DNA of 64,000 nucleotides from Magnetovibrionaceae bacterium (GCA_049603795.1 JBMYSY010000011.1:68687-132686), one strand, 5' to 3'. Shown: positions 9,721-19,248, numbered from the stretch's first letter. Notes: generated from the letters alone by a model not told the origin. Numbers and translations: made by a program.

Positions 9721-10709
9721 GACAGTTTCACCTGCTGCATGCGCTTGATGTTGAAGTACATCGGGTTATCCATCGGATCGTTGACAAGGCCAGCGTCGAA
9801 AGCGGCCTTCAGGTCGTTGATGGCATCCAGGATCGTGAAGTCGGTGCCGATGCCCAACTCTTCGCGGATTTTCGCTGCGCTGACATGATAGGACCGGTTG
9901 TCGTCCGTGGGGACGACCTCGATCTCGGTGCCGCCGCAGGCCGATTGTACCATACCTGCCAGGTCGTTGACGGTGTGGTTTTCGCAGCCCGCATTGTAGA
10001 TGCCGCCGTTGATCTTATCGCCCGGCAAAGACAGTAGCTGTCGGTAGACGTTCACCATGTCCTTGATGTGGATGTTGGGGCGCTTCTGATCGCCGCCGAA
10101 GACGCGGATCTTGCCATTGTTGATGGCGTGGTTGGTCAGGATGTTGACGATCAGATCGAGCCTCAGCCGGGGCGCATAACCGCAGACCGTGCTGGGCCGG
10201 ATGACGACGGTGTTGAAGCCGGGCTCGGCCTCTTCGGCCAGAACGCCCTCACACATGGCCTTGAACTTGGAATAGTCGGTCAAGGGCTCCAGGCTGAGAT
10301 CTTCGGTCACCTCCGGCTCGTCCTTGATGCCGTAGACCGACGACGAAGAGGCATAAATAAAGCGTTCAACGCCTTCAGCCTTGGCCGCGCGGACCAGCGG
10401 GCGGAAGGCATCGTAGTTGATCGACTTGCCGAGATCAGGGTCGAGTTCGAAACTGGGGTCATTGGAGATGCAGGCAAGATGAATGACCGCATCCACGCCC
10501 TCCATGGCCTTGGCGACCACGGACGCATCGCGCAGGTCGCCCTTCACCTCGATCAGGTTGGGGCCGCGCAGATCCTGATAGAGGTCTTCGCCATAGAGGT
10601 AGAGGTCGAGGACGGTCACCCGGTGGCCATCGGCCAGCAGCGCCGGGATCAGGGCCGAGCCCACATAGCCCGCACCCCCGGTGACCATTACGTTTCGCTT
10701 GTCCGTCAT
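9717..10709 (-). CDS. NAD-dependent NDP-sugar epimerase/dehydratase (extended SDR)
   Basis: VTGGAGYVGS, HLACISNDP, YASSSSVYG, YSKFK (YxxxK). Confidence 0.9.
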   Translation of the reverse strand: MTDKRNVMVTGGAGYVGSALIPALLADGHRVTVLDLYLYGEDLYQDLRGPNLIEVKGDLRDASVVAKAMEGVDAVIHLACISNDPSFELDPDLGKSINYDAFRPLVRAAKAEGVERFIYASSSSVYGIKDEPEVTEDLSLEPLTDYSKFKAMCEGVLAEEAEPGFNTVVIRPSTVCGYAPRLRLDLIVNILTNHAINNGKIRVFGGDQKRPNIHIKDMVNVYRQLLSLPGDKINGGIYNAGCENHTVNDLAGMVQSACGGTEIEVVPTDDNRSYHVSAAKIREELGIGTDFTILDAINDLKAAFDAGLVNDPMDNPMYFNIKRMQQVKLS

Positions 10710-10724
10710 GTCTCTGTCCCCCTT

Positions 10725-12263
10725 CTACTTCAGCAGGGTCGTTATGAATTTCAGCAAGGCCACCCGCTCGACACTCTTGCGGTGGCCGACAATGCCGACC
10801 TTGATGGCACCGGCGGCCGAGCCGACGAAGCCCAGCGTGTCCATCGGCGCACCCCTGGCCGCCAAAGGTGCGGAAATCGAGAAAAAGGCATCCCCCGCGC
10901 CCACGGTATCGACCACCTGCTTGGTGAAGGCCGGCGTGAAGGCCATCCCTTCGGACCGTTGGAAGCCGTAGCAGCCGTGCTTGCCATGGGTGACCATGAT
11001 GCGCTCGCAATCCACCCGTCCGGGCAGCAACTCGCCCACCACCTTTTCGATGCCGGACCGGCGGTCCGAGACGGCGAGGCGTGCCTCCGGCGCGTCGATG
11101 CAGATGTAGTCGGCCCGCGGATATTTGGTGATCAGATTATAGCCCACATTGGCCGAGTTGGTCTGGGTGTTGACGGCCAGAAACGGTGCCTTGTCCATCA
11201 ACAGGTTGATCAGCGTCGGCGTCATCAGGCCATGGCCGAAGTCGTGAACCACGACCAGGTCATAGGAGGACAAGGTGTCGTTCAAGCGATCTGTGATCTT
11301 GGCTTCGATCTCGGGTGCTGTCGGTGCGTCGTCCATGTAATAGACTTCGAACAGCTTGCGCAGATAACTCTTGTCGATGAAACGCGCCTTGCGGGTCGTC
11401 GGGCATCCCTCGCGTTCGAAGGCCGCGATGGAGACGTTGTCCCGCGCCGAATTTTCGATCAGTTCCCGATACTCGTCATCGCCGATGGTGGTTATGACAT
11501 CCACCTGGCCGCAGAAGTCAGCCATGTGATTGGCCGAGGCAAAGACACCGCCCGCAAAGACCTCCCGGTCGTGGAACTGGGTGGCGATCATGTTTTCTTT
11601 CGGGCTTTTGCCGATGGCGGAGACGTAGTTGTAGTCGTCGATGATCGCATCGCCGATCATCAGAACCTTCATGTCGGCCAGGGCCTCGATCCGGTTCGAG
11701 AGATCCGCCAGAACGTTCTTCTGGCGCATGGACTCCAGGAACTCGTCGAGCGCCGGGTCGAACACCGCCAGGTGCTTGTTGATCAAAGAAGACGAAGAAA
11801 AGGTAATGTCTTCGGTAAAGGCGATGCGGCCCTGGTGGGCCTCCACCGCGTTGCGTTCTTCGATGATGCCGCCGGTGATGTCTTCATCCGGGTTCTTGTA
11901 GTCAGAGCCCTTGACGTAAATGTCCGGTTTGATGGCGTTGATCGCCTCGATCGCTCGGGGCGCGTAGACGATGCCGACGTAAGAGACGCAATCGAGGGCG
12001 GCCAGCATCTCGGCGCGCATGTGTTCGGAGAAAACCGGACGACCGGGACCTTTCGAGACGAAGGGGTCGCCGGTGATGGTGACGAAGAGTTTCGTGCCCT
12101 CGCGAGCGGCCTGCTTCAGGTGGCGCAAGTGGCCGACGTGCAGCAGGTCGAAGGTGCCATGGGCCAGCACGACCGTCTCGCCCGCCTTGCGAAAGGCATC
12201 CGCCAGCAGGCCGAGTTCCTTCAGCGACTGGACTTTTGTCGGTTTTTCCGCTCGCTCACTCAC
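10725..12263 (-). CDS. Bifunctional nucleotidyltransferase / PfkB sugar kinase (HldE/RfaE-like, reversed domain order)
   Basis: N-terminal HGTFDLLHVGH (HxGH), KGPGRP, YVKGSDY; C-terminal IGDAIID, DFGHG, VVDTVGAGDAF PfkB signature. Confidence 0.9.
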   Translation of the reverse strand: MSERAEKPTKVQSLKELGLLADAFRKAGETVVLAHGTFDLLHVGHLRHLKQAAREGTKLFVTITGDPFVSKGPGRPVFSEHMRAEMLAALDCVSYVGIVYAPRAIEAINAIKPDIYVKGSDYKNPDEDITGGIIEERNAVEAHQGRIAFTEDITFSSSSLINKHLAVFDPALDEFLESMRQKNVLADLSNRIEALADMKVLMIGDAIIDDYNYVSAIGKSPKENMIATQFHDREVFAGGVFASANHMADFCGQVDVITTIGDDEYRELIENSARDNVSIAAFEREGCPTTRKARFIDKSYLRKLFEVYYMDDAPTAPEIEAKITDRLNDTLSSYDLVVVHDFGHGLMTPTLINLLMDKAPFLAVNTQTNSANVGYNLITKYPRADYICIDAPEARLAVSDRRSGIEKVVGELLPGRVDCERIMVTHGKHGCYGFQRSEGMAFTPAFTKQVVDTVGAGDAFFSISAPLAARGAPMDTLGFVGSAAGAIKVGIVGHRKSVERVALLKFITTLLK

Positions 12264-13300
12264 GCCTTGACCTCTTCCTTGCCTTCTTCAGGCCCCAGAT
12301 ACTTGAACCAGTCGGCGGTGGCTTCTTTTACCCCGTCGGTGGTCCAGACCGGGGCTTCCCGCCAGTAGTCGATGTTGTCGAGCATGGCCTGCACGCCCTC
12401 TTCGAAGCTGACCTTCGGTTGCCATCCCAGAAGCCGGCTGATCTTGCTCGTATCCGCAAAGGTGCAGTCGGGCTCGCCCGGGCGCTTCGGGACATAGCTC
12501 ACAGGCCCGCCCAGTTGTTCCACCAGCCGGTTGACACTGTAATGACCGCCGGATCCGACGTTCATGATCTCGCCTGCGACGTCCGAGGCCGCAGCGGCAA
12601 TGACCGCATCTGCCACATCGGTGACGAAGGTAAAGTCGCGGGTCTGCGTGCCGTCGCCAACCACGGTGAAGGGCTTGCCCGCCAGCTTCTGCGCCAGGAA
12701 AACCCCGAAAACCGCACCATAGGTGCCATTGGTCCGCGTCCGGGGGCCGTAGACATTGAAAAAGCGAAGCGAGACCGCAGGCAGGCCATAGGTCTGGGCC
12801 CAGTGCATCACGTATTGTTCGCCCAGGTTCTTGGTCAGGGCATAAGGGTACATGGGCCGGATGTCGGCCGCTTCCGGCGTCGGGTAGGTATCCGGTATGC
12901 CATAGCAGGACGAACTCGCCGCATAGACCAGCCGCTTCACGCCCGCAGCGCGTGCCGCTTCCAACACATTGATGGTGCCGTCCACATTGGCACGGTGATA
13001 GGCGATGGGGTTCTGAATGCTGGGGACGATGTCGGCAAGGGCTGCCAGATGCAGCACCCAGTCAACGCCATCAAACAGGCCGGCCAACTGTTCGGGCTCG
13101 GTCACATCCGCCACATGCAGACGGAAGTCCGGGTTGTTCTTGAGATGAAGAAGATTGCGATCCGACCCGCAGGCCAGGTTATCGACCACGCTGACCCGGT
13201 GTCCCTGGTCCAGCAGGCGATCCACGGTATGGCTGCCGATAAACCCGGCACCGCCCGTGACGAGGATGTGCTTCTGCACGGCTTGGTCAGACCTGGCCAT
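12260..13300 (-). CDS. NAD-dependent UDP-sugar 4-epimerase/dehydratase family protein
   Basis: LVTGGAGFIGSH, HLAALADIVPS, YAASSSCYG, YALTK, LRFFNVYGPR, GDGTQTRDFTFVTD. Confidence 0.92.
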   Translation of the reverse strand: MARSDQAVQKHILVTGGAGFIGSHTVDRLLDQGHRVSVVDNLACGSDRNLLHLKNNPDFRLHVADVTEPEQLAGLFDGVDWVLHLAALADIVPSIQNPIAYHRANVDGTINVLEAARAAGVKRLVYAASSSCYGIPDTYPTPEAADIRPMYPYALTKNLGEQYVMHWAQTYGLPAVSLRFFNVYGPRTRTNGTYGAVFGVFLAQKLAGKPFTVVGDGTQTRDFTFVTDVADAVIAAAASDVAGEIMNVGSGGHYSVNRLVEQLGGPVSYVPKRPGEPDCTFADTSKISRLLGWQPKVSFEEGVQAMLDNIDYWREAPVWTTDGVKEATADWFKYLGPEEGKEEVKA

Positions 13301-13356
13301 TCTGGCGGTCCTTTCTTATACGTTCGTCGGTTCTCCGACACCTTCCTCTTATAACA

Positions 13357-13372
13357 TTAACCAAGGGTGAAC
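13357..13372. promoter_or_regulatory. CtrA-like binding box upstream of the sugar operon
   Basis: TTAA-ccaaggg-TGAAC, one mismatch to TTAA-N7-TTAAC, 57 bp upstream of the 13300 start. Confidence 0.5.
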
Positions 13373-13411
13373 CAAAGCGCTGTCGCGTCATCCTGTGATC
13401 GGTGTCACATC

Positions 13412-13449
13412 GCGGGCTTTCGTGTCGTCAGCGGGTCTTCGTGTCGTCA
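13412..13449. repeat. 19-bp imperfect tandem duplication
   Basis: GCGGGCTTTCGTGTCGTCA followed by GCGGGTCTTCGTGTCGTCA. Confidence 0.85.
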
Positions 13450-13460
13450 GTGACCGGGGT

Positions 13461-14795
13461 TTACAGGAAGCGGACCAGCGAGAGGTCCCGGATCCGGGTG
13501 AGGGATTGGAAGGAGGCCTCCAAGGCTCGCTGGTCATCCAGGAGCCGCGTGATCGCATCCAGCGGATCGACGTTCTCCACGTCGGCCACCCGCTGGTCAT
13601 AGAAGCCGATCAGATTGGTGTAGGTCGTATTGGCGCGCGAGAGGATCAGGCGGTCAAAGCCCAGATCCTGTTCCAGTTGATCGATGCTGCTTGTCTCTTC
13701 GGTCCCAAAGGGCTGGGTGACCGCCGCAGGCGGTTCGAGCGAGAGAGAGAGCAGGTTCAAAGCCTGATCGATGCGTTCGGGATGCTGATCAAGGCCGCCG
13801 TTGGTGCCGAAGACACCCTGCGCGATGATACCCATGGCGCGGATGGCCTTGTCGAAGGCCGGATCGATGGCGTTTGTATCGACATCGACCGTGCGGTTTT
13901 CGCCGATCCGGTGAGTATTCGAATCCCGGTCGCCCGAGTAGTAGTTGCTTGCCGTGATCGTCAGCGCCGCTGTCGTACCGGTATCGTCATTCGTATTGAC
14001 GTCCCCGACGACGGTCACGGATTCACCGCTGGAATAGGTGGCCGTCCCGGAAAGGGTCACAACCCCGGTCGTGGTGTTGGTGGAAACCACGGTGTAGTCG
14101 CGGTTGTTGGCCGCCGTTGCTGATCCACTGACGGTGATCTTGGCACCGACGCCCAGACTGCCCGCTGCCGATGCCGGAACCAGTGTGACGGTCTCGGCAG
14201 TCGCATCCAAGGCGATGGAGGTGACGGTCGAAGTGCTGAGGGTCAGGTCGGTGTTCACATGACCATCGCGCGTCCAGGGGTAGAGCACGGCTTCGCCATC
14301 GTAGGTGGTCTGGAACGTGGCGAGGTTGCTGAGCCCAAAATCAACGGGTTTCGTGGACGTCCGACTGCCGCCGAACAGAAAATCGCCGCCCACGTCCGTA
14401 TTCAGGTGGACCTGTAAATCCTTTAACGCCCGAAAGGCCGCGTCTTGGACGTCTTTGACCCGTTGTTCGTCGGTCAGGCTGCCGCCCTCGTAGGCAAAGA
14501 GGGCGTCGCGAAATTCGCGCACCGACTTGTCGATCCCGTCCAGCGTGGTTTCCATGGTCTTGAAGGTGACGTCGACCAGGTCGTTGCTGTCCTTGAATTT
14601 TTGCAGCTGGGTCGTTGTGTTCTCCAGGTTGACCAGGCGTTCGGCCTCGTTGTCGAGGCCTGCATAATCCTGGCTGACCTTGCCGGTAGAAACCTGCGTC
14701 TGCTGTTCGTAGATCCGTTCCTGGGTCGCCAGGAAGAAGCCGTTGATCCGTTGGTTGGCTGCGAAGTTCGCAATTCGGCTGATGTTGATGGCCAT
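13461..14795 (-). CDS. flgL: Flagellar hook-associated protein 3
   Basis: QVSTGKVSQDYAGL, FLFGGSRT, ADVENVDPLDAITRL...ALEASF...LSLVRFL; follows flgK. Confidence 0.85.
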   Translation of the reverse strand: MAINISRIANFAANQRINGFFLATQERIYEQQTQVSTGKVSQDYAGLDNEAERLVNLENTTTQLQKFKDSNDLVDVTFKTMETTLDGIDKSVREFRDALFAYEGGSLTDEQRVKDVQDAAFRALKDLQVHLNTDVGGDFLFGGSRTSTKPVDFGLSNLATFQTTYDGEAVLYPWTRDGHVNTDLTLSTSTVTSIALDATAETVTLVPASAAGSLGVGAKITVSGSATAANNRDYTVVSTNTTTGVVTLSGTATYSSGESVTVVGDVNTNDDTGTTAALTITASNYYSGDRDSNTHRIGENRTVDVDTNAIDPAFDKAIRAMGIIAQGVFGTNGGLDQHPERIDQALNLLSLSLEPPAAVTQPFGTEETSSIDQLEQDLGFDRLILSRANTTYTNLIGFYDQRVADVENVDPLDAITRLLDDQRALEASFQSLTRIRDLSLVRFL

Positions 14796-14813
14796 GGAAT
14801 CCTCCTAGACTCC

Positions 14814-17003
14814 TTAGCTTACCGCACGGTCGAGCGCGTCGAACATGCTCTGGATCACATTAACAACTCTTGCCGCGGCCGAATAGGCCTGTTCGTAGAT
14901 GATCAGCTGCGACAGTTCCTCATCCAGGTTGACCCCTCTGAAGGTGTCTGACTTGTTCTGCAGCGTCTGGGTCAATTGCAGCTGGATGGCGGTGTCGGTC
15001 TCGTTTTTCTCGGCCAGGTTGGCGTTGCGTGCCAGGATTGCAGCGCCGTATTCCTCGAAGGTTTCGTTGAGGGCCCCCAGTCCGCCGGTCTGATCGAACT
15101 GGTTATTGGTGTTCATGACCTCGGCGAGCGCCGTGGCATTGGAGTCATCACTGACCGAGGTGTAGTACTGACCGGAGACACCAAGATCCGCATCCCATTG
15201 AACCTGGCCGGTGGCGATGTTGGACGGAGTGGTCTTGATATCGGAGCGCACATCGATCGCGGAACTGGCTCCGATGATGCCCTTTTGCAGGTTCAGGGTG
15301 GTCAGCAGGGTCTCGCCGGTCCCTTGTAGGACCTCCATCGGCACGCCGGTATCCCGGCTGATCCGGATACGGTAGCCGTCCGCATCGGGAACGGCCTGGG
15401 CGGTGACACCGATCGAGGCATTGTTGATCGCGGCGACGAATTCGTCCCGGTTTAGCCCGGCGCTGATCGCAACAGAACCCAAGGAGGCCCCGCCGTTATC
15501 CGTGAAAGACAGGGTCGCCGCCGTGGTGGTGAAAGTCGACGAGATGACATCGCTTTCCCAGAGGCTTTTGGATGTGCTGTCGACGAAGAAATCATTCAGA
15601 CCGAAGAAATTCGAAAAGCCGCTGACGATTTCTTCCATGCCGGTCGTACCGGTCCGGTCGGAGTTGGCGGCATCGGCGTTGTATTGGATTGTCGCATCCG
15701 CCAGCGTCGAGCCTTCCGTGCTGGCCGTATCCTCATCGCGGAACGAGAGGAACTGCGTGGTCGAATTGACGTTGATGGCCAGCTTGCCATTTGTGACCGC
15801 CGCCGTGGAGCCGGTAATGCCTTGCGTTGTGGCGATCCAGGTTTGGATGGCCGTGGCCACGGCATCCACCGTCCCGGTGTTGGTGCCGAGCAGGGTTCGC
15901 ATCGTGGTCGTCGCCACCTGGTCGCCGCTCGAGTCCGTCAGCACCAATCGGGTATCGGTTGTCCCGCCCCAGGTAATGGTGGAGGTGCTTGAATCGACGA
16001 ATTCCCGCGTGCCGCTGAAGCTGTTTTCGCCGGGGAACGACGTGCCGCGGTTGTGGACCTGATTGACGGCATCCCGAAGCTCGGTCGCCAGCTCGTCGAT
16101 CTGGTACTGCAGGTCCGGGAAGGTTCCGTCGCGCAGATCGATCAAGCCCTTCAGAGCGCCGCCGCGAACTTCGTCGGTAATGTCGTTAAAGGACTGAGCC
16201 TCGCCCACATAAATCGGGCTGAAGCCGGAGCCTTCGTGGGTGGCCGTGGGGACCACGGTCGAAGCCGCCGCGTGGGTGATGCCGGGGTTTTCGTTGTCGA
16301 CGATGGTTCTGCCACCGGTGGTAAAGATAACGACCTGTCCGTCGTCGCGGTAGAAGTAGCTGATATCGACCAGCTCCGCGATCTCGTTGATCTTCAGATC
16401 CCGTTGATCCTGAAGGTCGGTCACATCGGCGCTGATGGCACCGTTGCGGACGATATCGTCATTCAGGCTGGCGATCTCGTCCGCCCGGGCGTTGATGATC
16501 TCGACAGTATCGGCGATTTCCTGGTCTGCGATTTGACGCAGTGTCTGGATTTCGCTCGACATGTCTTGGAGCTTCTGGGTCAGGTCGATGGCCTGGCGGA
16601 CCACTTCCGATTGTTCGAAGGTGTCGCCCGGGTTGGCGGCCAACCCTTCAATCGCGGCCTGAAATTCCGAGATGATGTGAGCGATCGAGGTGTTCTCGTC
16701 CGGTAGGCCGAACTGTTGCTGGATCCGCTGCCAGTAGGACTCCTGGACATCCAACTGACGGAGATCGCCGAAGCTCTCCCGCATCGATTTGATCAGCCCT
16801 TCGTCCACGTTCCGGGTGACTTCGGAAAGCTGCACCCCGGCACCGACGCCGGAGACGACGCGCTGTTCCAGTTGCGCCACTTTGCGCGAGTAGCCTTCGG
16901 TATTGACGTTGGCGATGTTGTTCGCCACGGCATCCAAGGCCGCCTGGTTCGTCAGAAGGCCACTCTGGGCAGTTCGAAGGGCTAGTGTCAGATCGCCGAC
17001 CAT
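14814..17003 (-). CDS. flgK: Flagellar hook-associated protein 1
   Basis: ALRTAQSGL...NNIANVNTEGYSRK; C-terminal GVNLDEELSQLIIYEQAYSAAARV. Confidence 0.95.
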   Translation of the reverse strand: MVGDLTLALRTAQSGLLTNQAALDAVANNIANVNTEGYSRKVAQLEQRVVSGVGAGVQLSEVTRNVDEGLIKSMRESFGDLRQLDVQESYWQRIQQQFGLPDENTSIAHIISEFQAAIEGLAANPGDTFEQSEVVRQAIDLTQKLQDMSSEIQTLRQIADQEIADTVEIINARADEIASLNDDIVRNGAISADVTDLQDQRDLKINEIAELVDISYFYRDDGQVVIFTTGGRTIVDNENPGITHAAASTVVPTATHEGSGFSPIYVGEAQSFNDITDEVRGGALKGLIDLRDGTFPDLQYQIDELATELRDAVNQVHNRGTSFPGENSFSGTREFVDSSTSTITWGGTTDTRLVLTDSSGDQVATTTMRTLLGTNTGTVDAVATAIQTWIATTQGITGSTAAVTNGKLAINVNSTTQFLSFRDEDTASTEGSTLADATIQYNADAANSDRTGTTGMEEIVSGFSNFFGLNDFFVDSTSKSLWESDVISSTFTTTAATLSFTDNGGASLGSVAISAGLNRDEFVAAINNASIGVTAQAVPDADGYRIRISRDTGVPMEVLQGTGETLLTTLNLQKGIIGASSAIDVRSDIKTTPSNIATGQVQWDADLGVSGQYYTSVSDDSNATALAEVMNTNNQFDQTGGLGALNETFEEYGAAILARNANLAEKNETDTAIQLQLTQTLQNKSDTFRGVNLDEELSQLIIYEQAYSAAARVVNVIQSMFDALDRAVS

Positions 17004-17035
17004 GGGTCCACGGGCTCCTTAGAGGCGCTTTTGCC

Positions 17036-17488
17036 TCACAATTCCTTGTTGATCGAAACCGGCACGGCTTCCGCCTGGGTGCGGCGGTCAACGCCGGTCA
17101 CGCTGCCGTTGGCACCATAGGTACCGGCGGAGGGCTTCGATTTGCGCGCGGCTTCCGCGATGGTTCGGACCACGCGCCGGTTGGCATCAATGGAGGTCTT
17201 CAAAAGACGCGCGTTCTGTTCCATCAGCCGGTGGGTGCGGGTGCCGACTTCGCGCAAGCGATCCCGGATCGCATCATCCACTTTCCGAAGCGCTTCCTGG
17301 CGTTCCTTGGCCAGGCCACGGACGCGGATTTCGTAGGCCTTGGTCAGCTTGTTCTTTTCGTCCAGCATTTCCGCCACCGTGTCGGGGCGCAGATTGCGCA
17401 ACGCCTCGTTTTCGCGTTCAAGCAGCTCGGCCAGGTTATCCGAGATGACGATCAGGTCGTTCATCTGTTGGTGGGGGGACATCGCCAT
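17036..17488 (-). CDS. flgN: Flagellar export chaperone FlgN-like
   Basis: Helical 150-aa protein (LLERENEAL...K..L...NARLL...TYGANG) between flgJ and flgK. Confidence 0.7.
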   Translation of the reverse strand: MAMSPHQQMNDLIVISDNLAELLERENEALRNLRPDTVAEMLDEKNKLTKAYEIRVRGLAKERQEALRKVDDAIRDRLREVGTRTHRLMEQNARLLKTSIDANRRVVRTIAEAARKSKPSAGTYGANGSVTGVDRRTQAEAVPVSINKEL

Positions 17489-17544
17489 GGTCTTCTTCCT
17501 CCGGACTTAAAGCTGCCGTCTTTTCTTAAAGGCTCGTCAGTTGA

Positions 17545-17916
17545 TCAGAACGCCGCTGCCAACGGGTTCGGGTTGGTCGCCTGCGGGACAGCGGGCTGCT
17601 GTTCCTGCATGCGGATCATCTGTTCCAGGATCGAATCCGCCAGGCCGATGCCGCCGGACTTGGTCATGGACTTTGCGTACTCTTCGACCTGCAACGAGCG
17701 GAACATCTGCTCGGAGCTGCCGCCGCCGGTCAGGCTATCGGGTTCGATGCCTTCGAACATCGGCTTGATCATTTCGGCCAGAAAGGTCGCTTCGAATTTT
17801 TCAGCGGTCTCGCGCATCTTCTGCATGTCCGCGCCCTTGGGCAGGTTCACCTTGGGGGCCTGGCGGGCGTAGAGCATGGCCGCTTCGGCACCGGTCTGGG
17901 TATTGATCGCGGTCAT
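17545..17916 (-). CDS. flgJ: FlgJ rod-binding protein (no muramidase domain)
   Basis: AEKFEATFLAEMIKPMF...GGGSSEQMFRSL...GGIGLAD Rod-binding motif directly after flgI. Confidence 0.85.
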   Translation of the reverse strand: MTAINTQTGAEAAMLYARQAPKVNLPKGADMQKMRETAEKFEATFLAEMIKPMFEGIEPDSLTGGGSSEQMFRSLQVEEYAKSMTKSGGIGLADSILEQMIRMQEQQPAVPQATNPNPLAAAF

Positions 17917-17917
17917 C

Positions 17918-19069
17918 TTACATCACCTCGATTTCGGCTTGCAGGGCCCCGGCGGTCTTTACCGCCTGGAGAATGGTGATCAGATCGCGCGGGCCGATGC
18001 CAAGAGAGTTCAGGCCATTGACCAGTTCCTGCAGGGTTACACCATCCTGAACGACGGTCAGACGCGCATCCGAATCTTCATCCACTTCGATGTTGGTCCG
18101 GTCCACGGTGGTGGTGGTGCCGACTTCGGCGAAGGGACCCGGCTGGCTGACCTGCTGGGCTTCCGTGACACGAATGGTCAGGCTGCCTTGTGCGATGGCA
18201 ACGGTGGAGATCCGGACGTCTTCGCCCATGACGATGGTGCCGGACTGTTCGTCGATCACCACGCGGGCCAACTGGTCCGGCTGGACGCGGAGCTGTTCGA
18301 TATCGGTGATCAGGTTGACCACGTTGGCGCGATAGCTGTTGGGGACGTTGACGACCACGGTGGACAGGTCGGTGACGGTCGCAGCCGTGGTACCGAGGAA
18401 GGCATTGATGGCCTGAGCGACGCGACGACCGGTGGTGAAGTCCGGGTTGCGCAGGGTCAGTTCCATGGTGTCCATGACGCCAAGCTCGAAGCCGACCTCG
18501 CGCTCGACGATGGCACCGTTGGCGATGCGTGCGCTGGTCGGAACGCCCTTGGTGACGGTTTCCGCTGCGCCATCCACATCAAAGCCACCGACGGCGAGTT
18601 GACCCTGGCCGACGGCATAAACTTCACCGTCCGCACCCATCAGCGGAGTCACCAGGAGCGTGCCGCCGAGCAGGCTGGAAGAATCCCCCATGGAGCTGAC
18701 GACCACATCGATCCGGTTTCCCTGGCGGGCGAAGGGCGGCAGGGTTGCGGTGACCATCACGGCGGCGACGTTCTGTGAATCAAGGCCCGCATCGGTCGGC
18801 TTGACGCCCAGCCGGTTCAGCATGGCCTTCAGGCTCTGCTTGGTGAAGTGGCCGTCGTTCAGGGTGTCGCCCGTTCCATTCAGGCCGACCACCAGGCCGT
18901 AGCCCACCAGCATGTTATCGCGCACACCTTCGAAGTTGACGATATCCTTCAGGCGGGATGCCGCATCAACGGGGTTCGCGAAGGTCGGCAGACCGACCAG
19001 CACAAGGGCCAGGGCGATCCGCCGGATGAAAGAGCTGGTTTTGCGGTTTTTGAAGCTGAACGGGGTCAT
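17918..19069 (-). CDS. flgI: Flagellar P-ring protein
   Basis: RLKDI...GVRDNMLVGYGLVVGLNGTGD, GGTLLVTPL, PDFTT, GALQAEIEV; start set at ATG 19069 (AAGGA upstream). Confidence 0.96.
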   Translation of the reverse strand: MTPFSFKNRKTSSFIRRIALALVLVGLPTFANPVDAASRLKDIVNFEGVRDNMLVGYGLVVGLNGTGDTLNDGHFTKQSLKAMLNRLGVKPTDAGLDSQNVAAVMVTATLPPFARQGNRIDVVVSSMGDSSSLLGGTLLVTPLMGADGEVYAVGQGQLAVGGFDVDGAAETVTKGVPTSARIANGAIVEREVGFELGVMDTMELTLRNPDFTTGRRVAQAINAFLGTTAATVTDLSTVVVNVPNSYRANVVNLITDIEQLRVQPDQLARVVIDEQSGTIVMGEDVRISTVAIAQGSLTIRVTEAQQVSQPGPFAEVGTTTTVDRTNIEVDEDSDARLTVVQDGVTLQELVNGLNSLGIGPRDLITILQAVKTAGALQAEIEVM

Positions 19070-19124
19070 GACAACCGTGTCCTTAACGAAAATCCGATGC
19101 CGGACAATCCGGCTCAAACCTTAA

Positions 19125-19141
19125 TGCGAACCCCGTGCCAA
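19125..19141 (-). promoter_or_regulatory. Sigma54 (-24/-12) promoter of flgI-flgJ-flgN-flgK-flgL
   Basis: Minus strand TTGGCACGGGGTTCGCA = GG-N10-GC. Confidence 0.8.
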
Positions 19142-19213
19142 GCTATGCTGGTTGGTAAGTATCTGTTTTTGCGTAAAAAAGAATGAGGCGAAATCCAGGA
19201 ATCCGGCTGAAGA

Positions 19214-19248
19214 GGCAAGTTTTGCCGGGTCGCCGGGGCGGATTTGCC
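19214..19248. promoter_or_regulatory. ftr-like (FlbD-type) enhancer elements for flgI
   Basis: GGCAAGTTTTGCC (19214-19226) and partial GGGCGGATTTGCC (19236-19248), about 75-110 bp upstream of the sigma54 site. Confidence 0.6.

Noticed and set aside
10068-12368. 766-aa plus-strand ORF
   Set aside because: Antisense shadow of the epimerase and HldE-like genes, expected from high-GC codon bias
17545-17916. Short FlgJ as a truncated pseudogene
   Set aside because: Single-domain FlgJ without muramidase is usual in alphaproteobacteria
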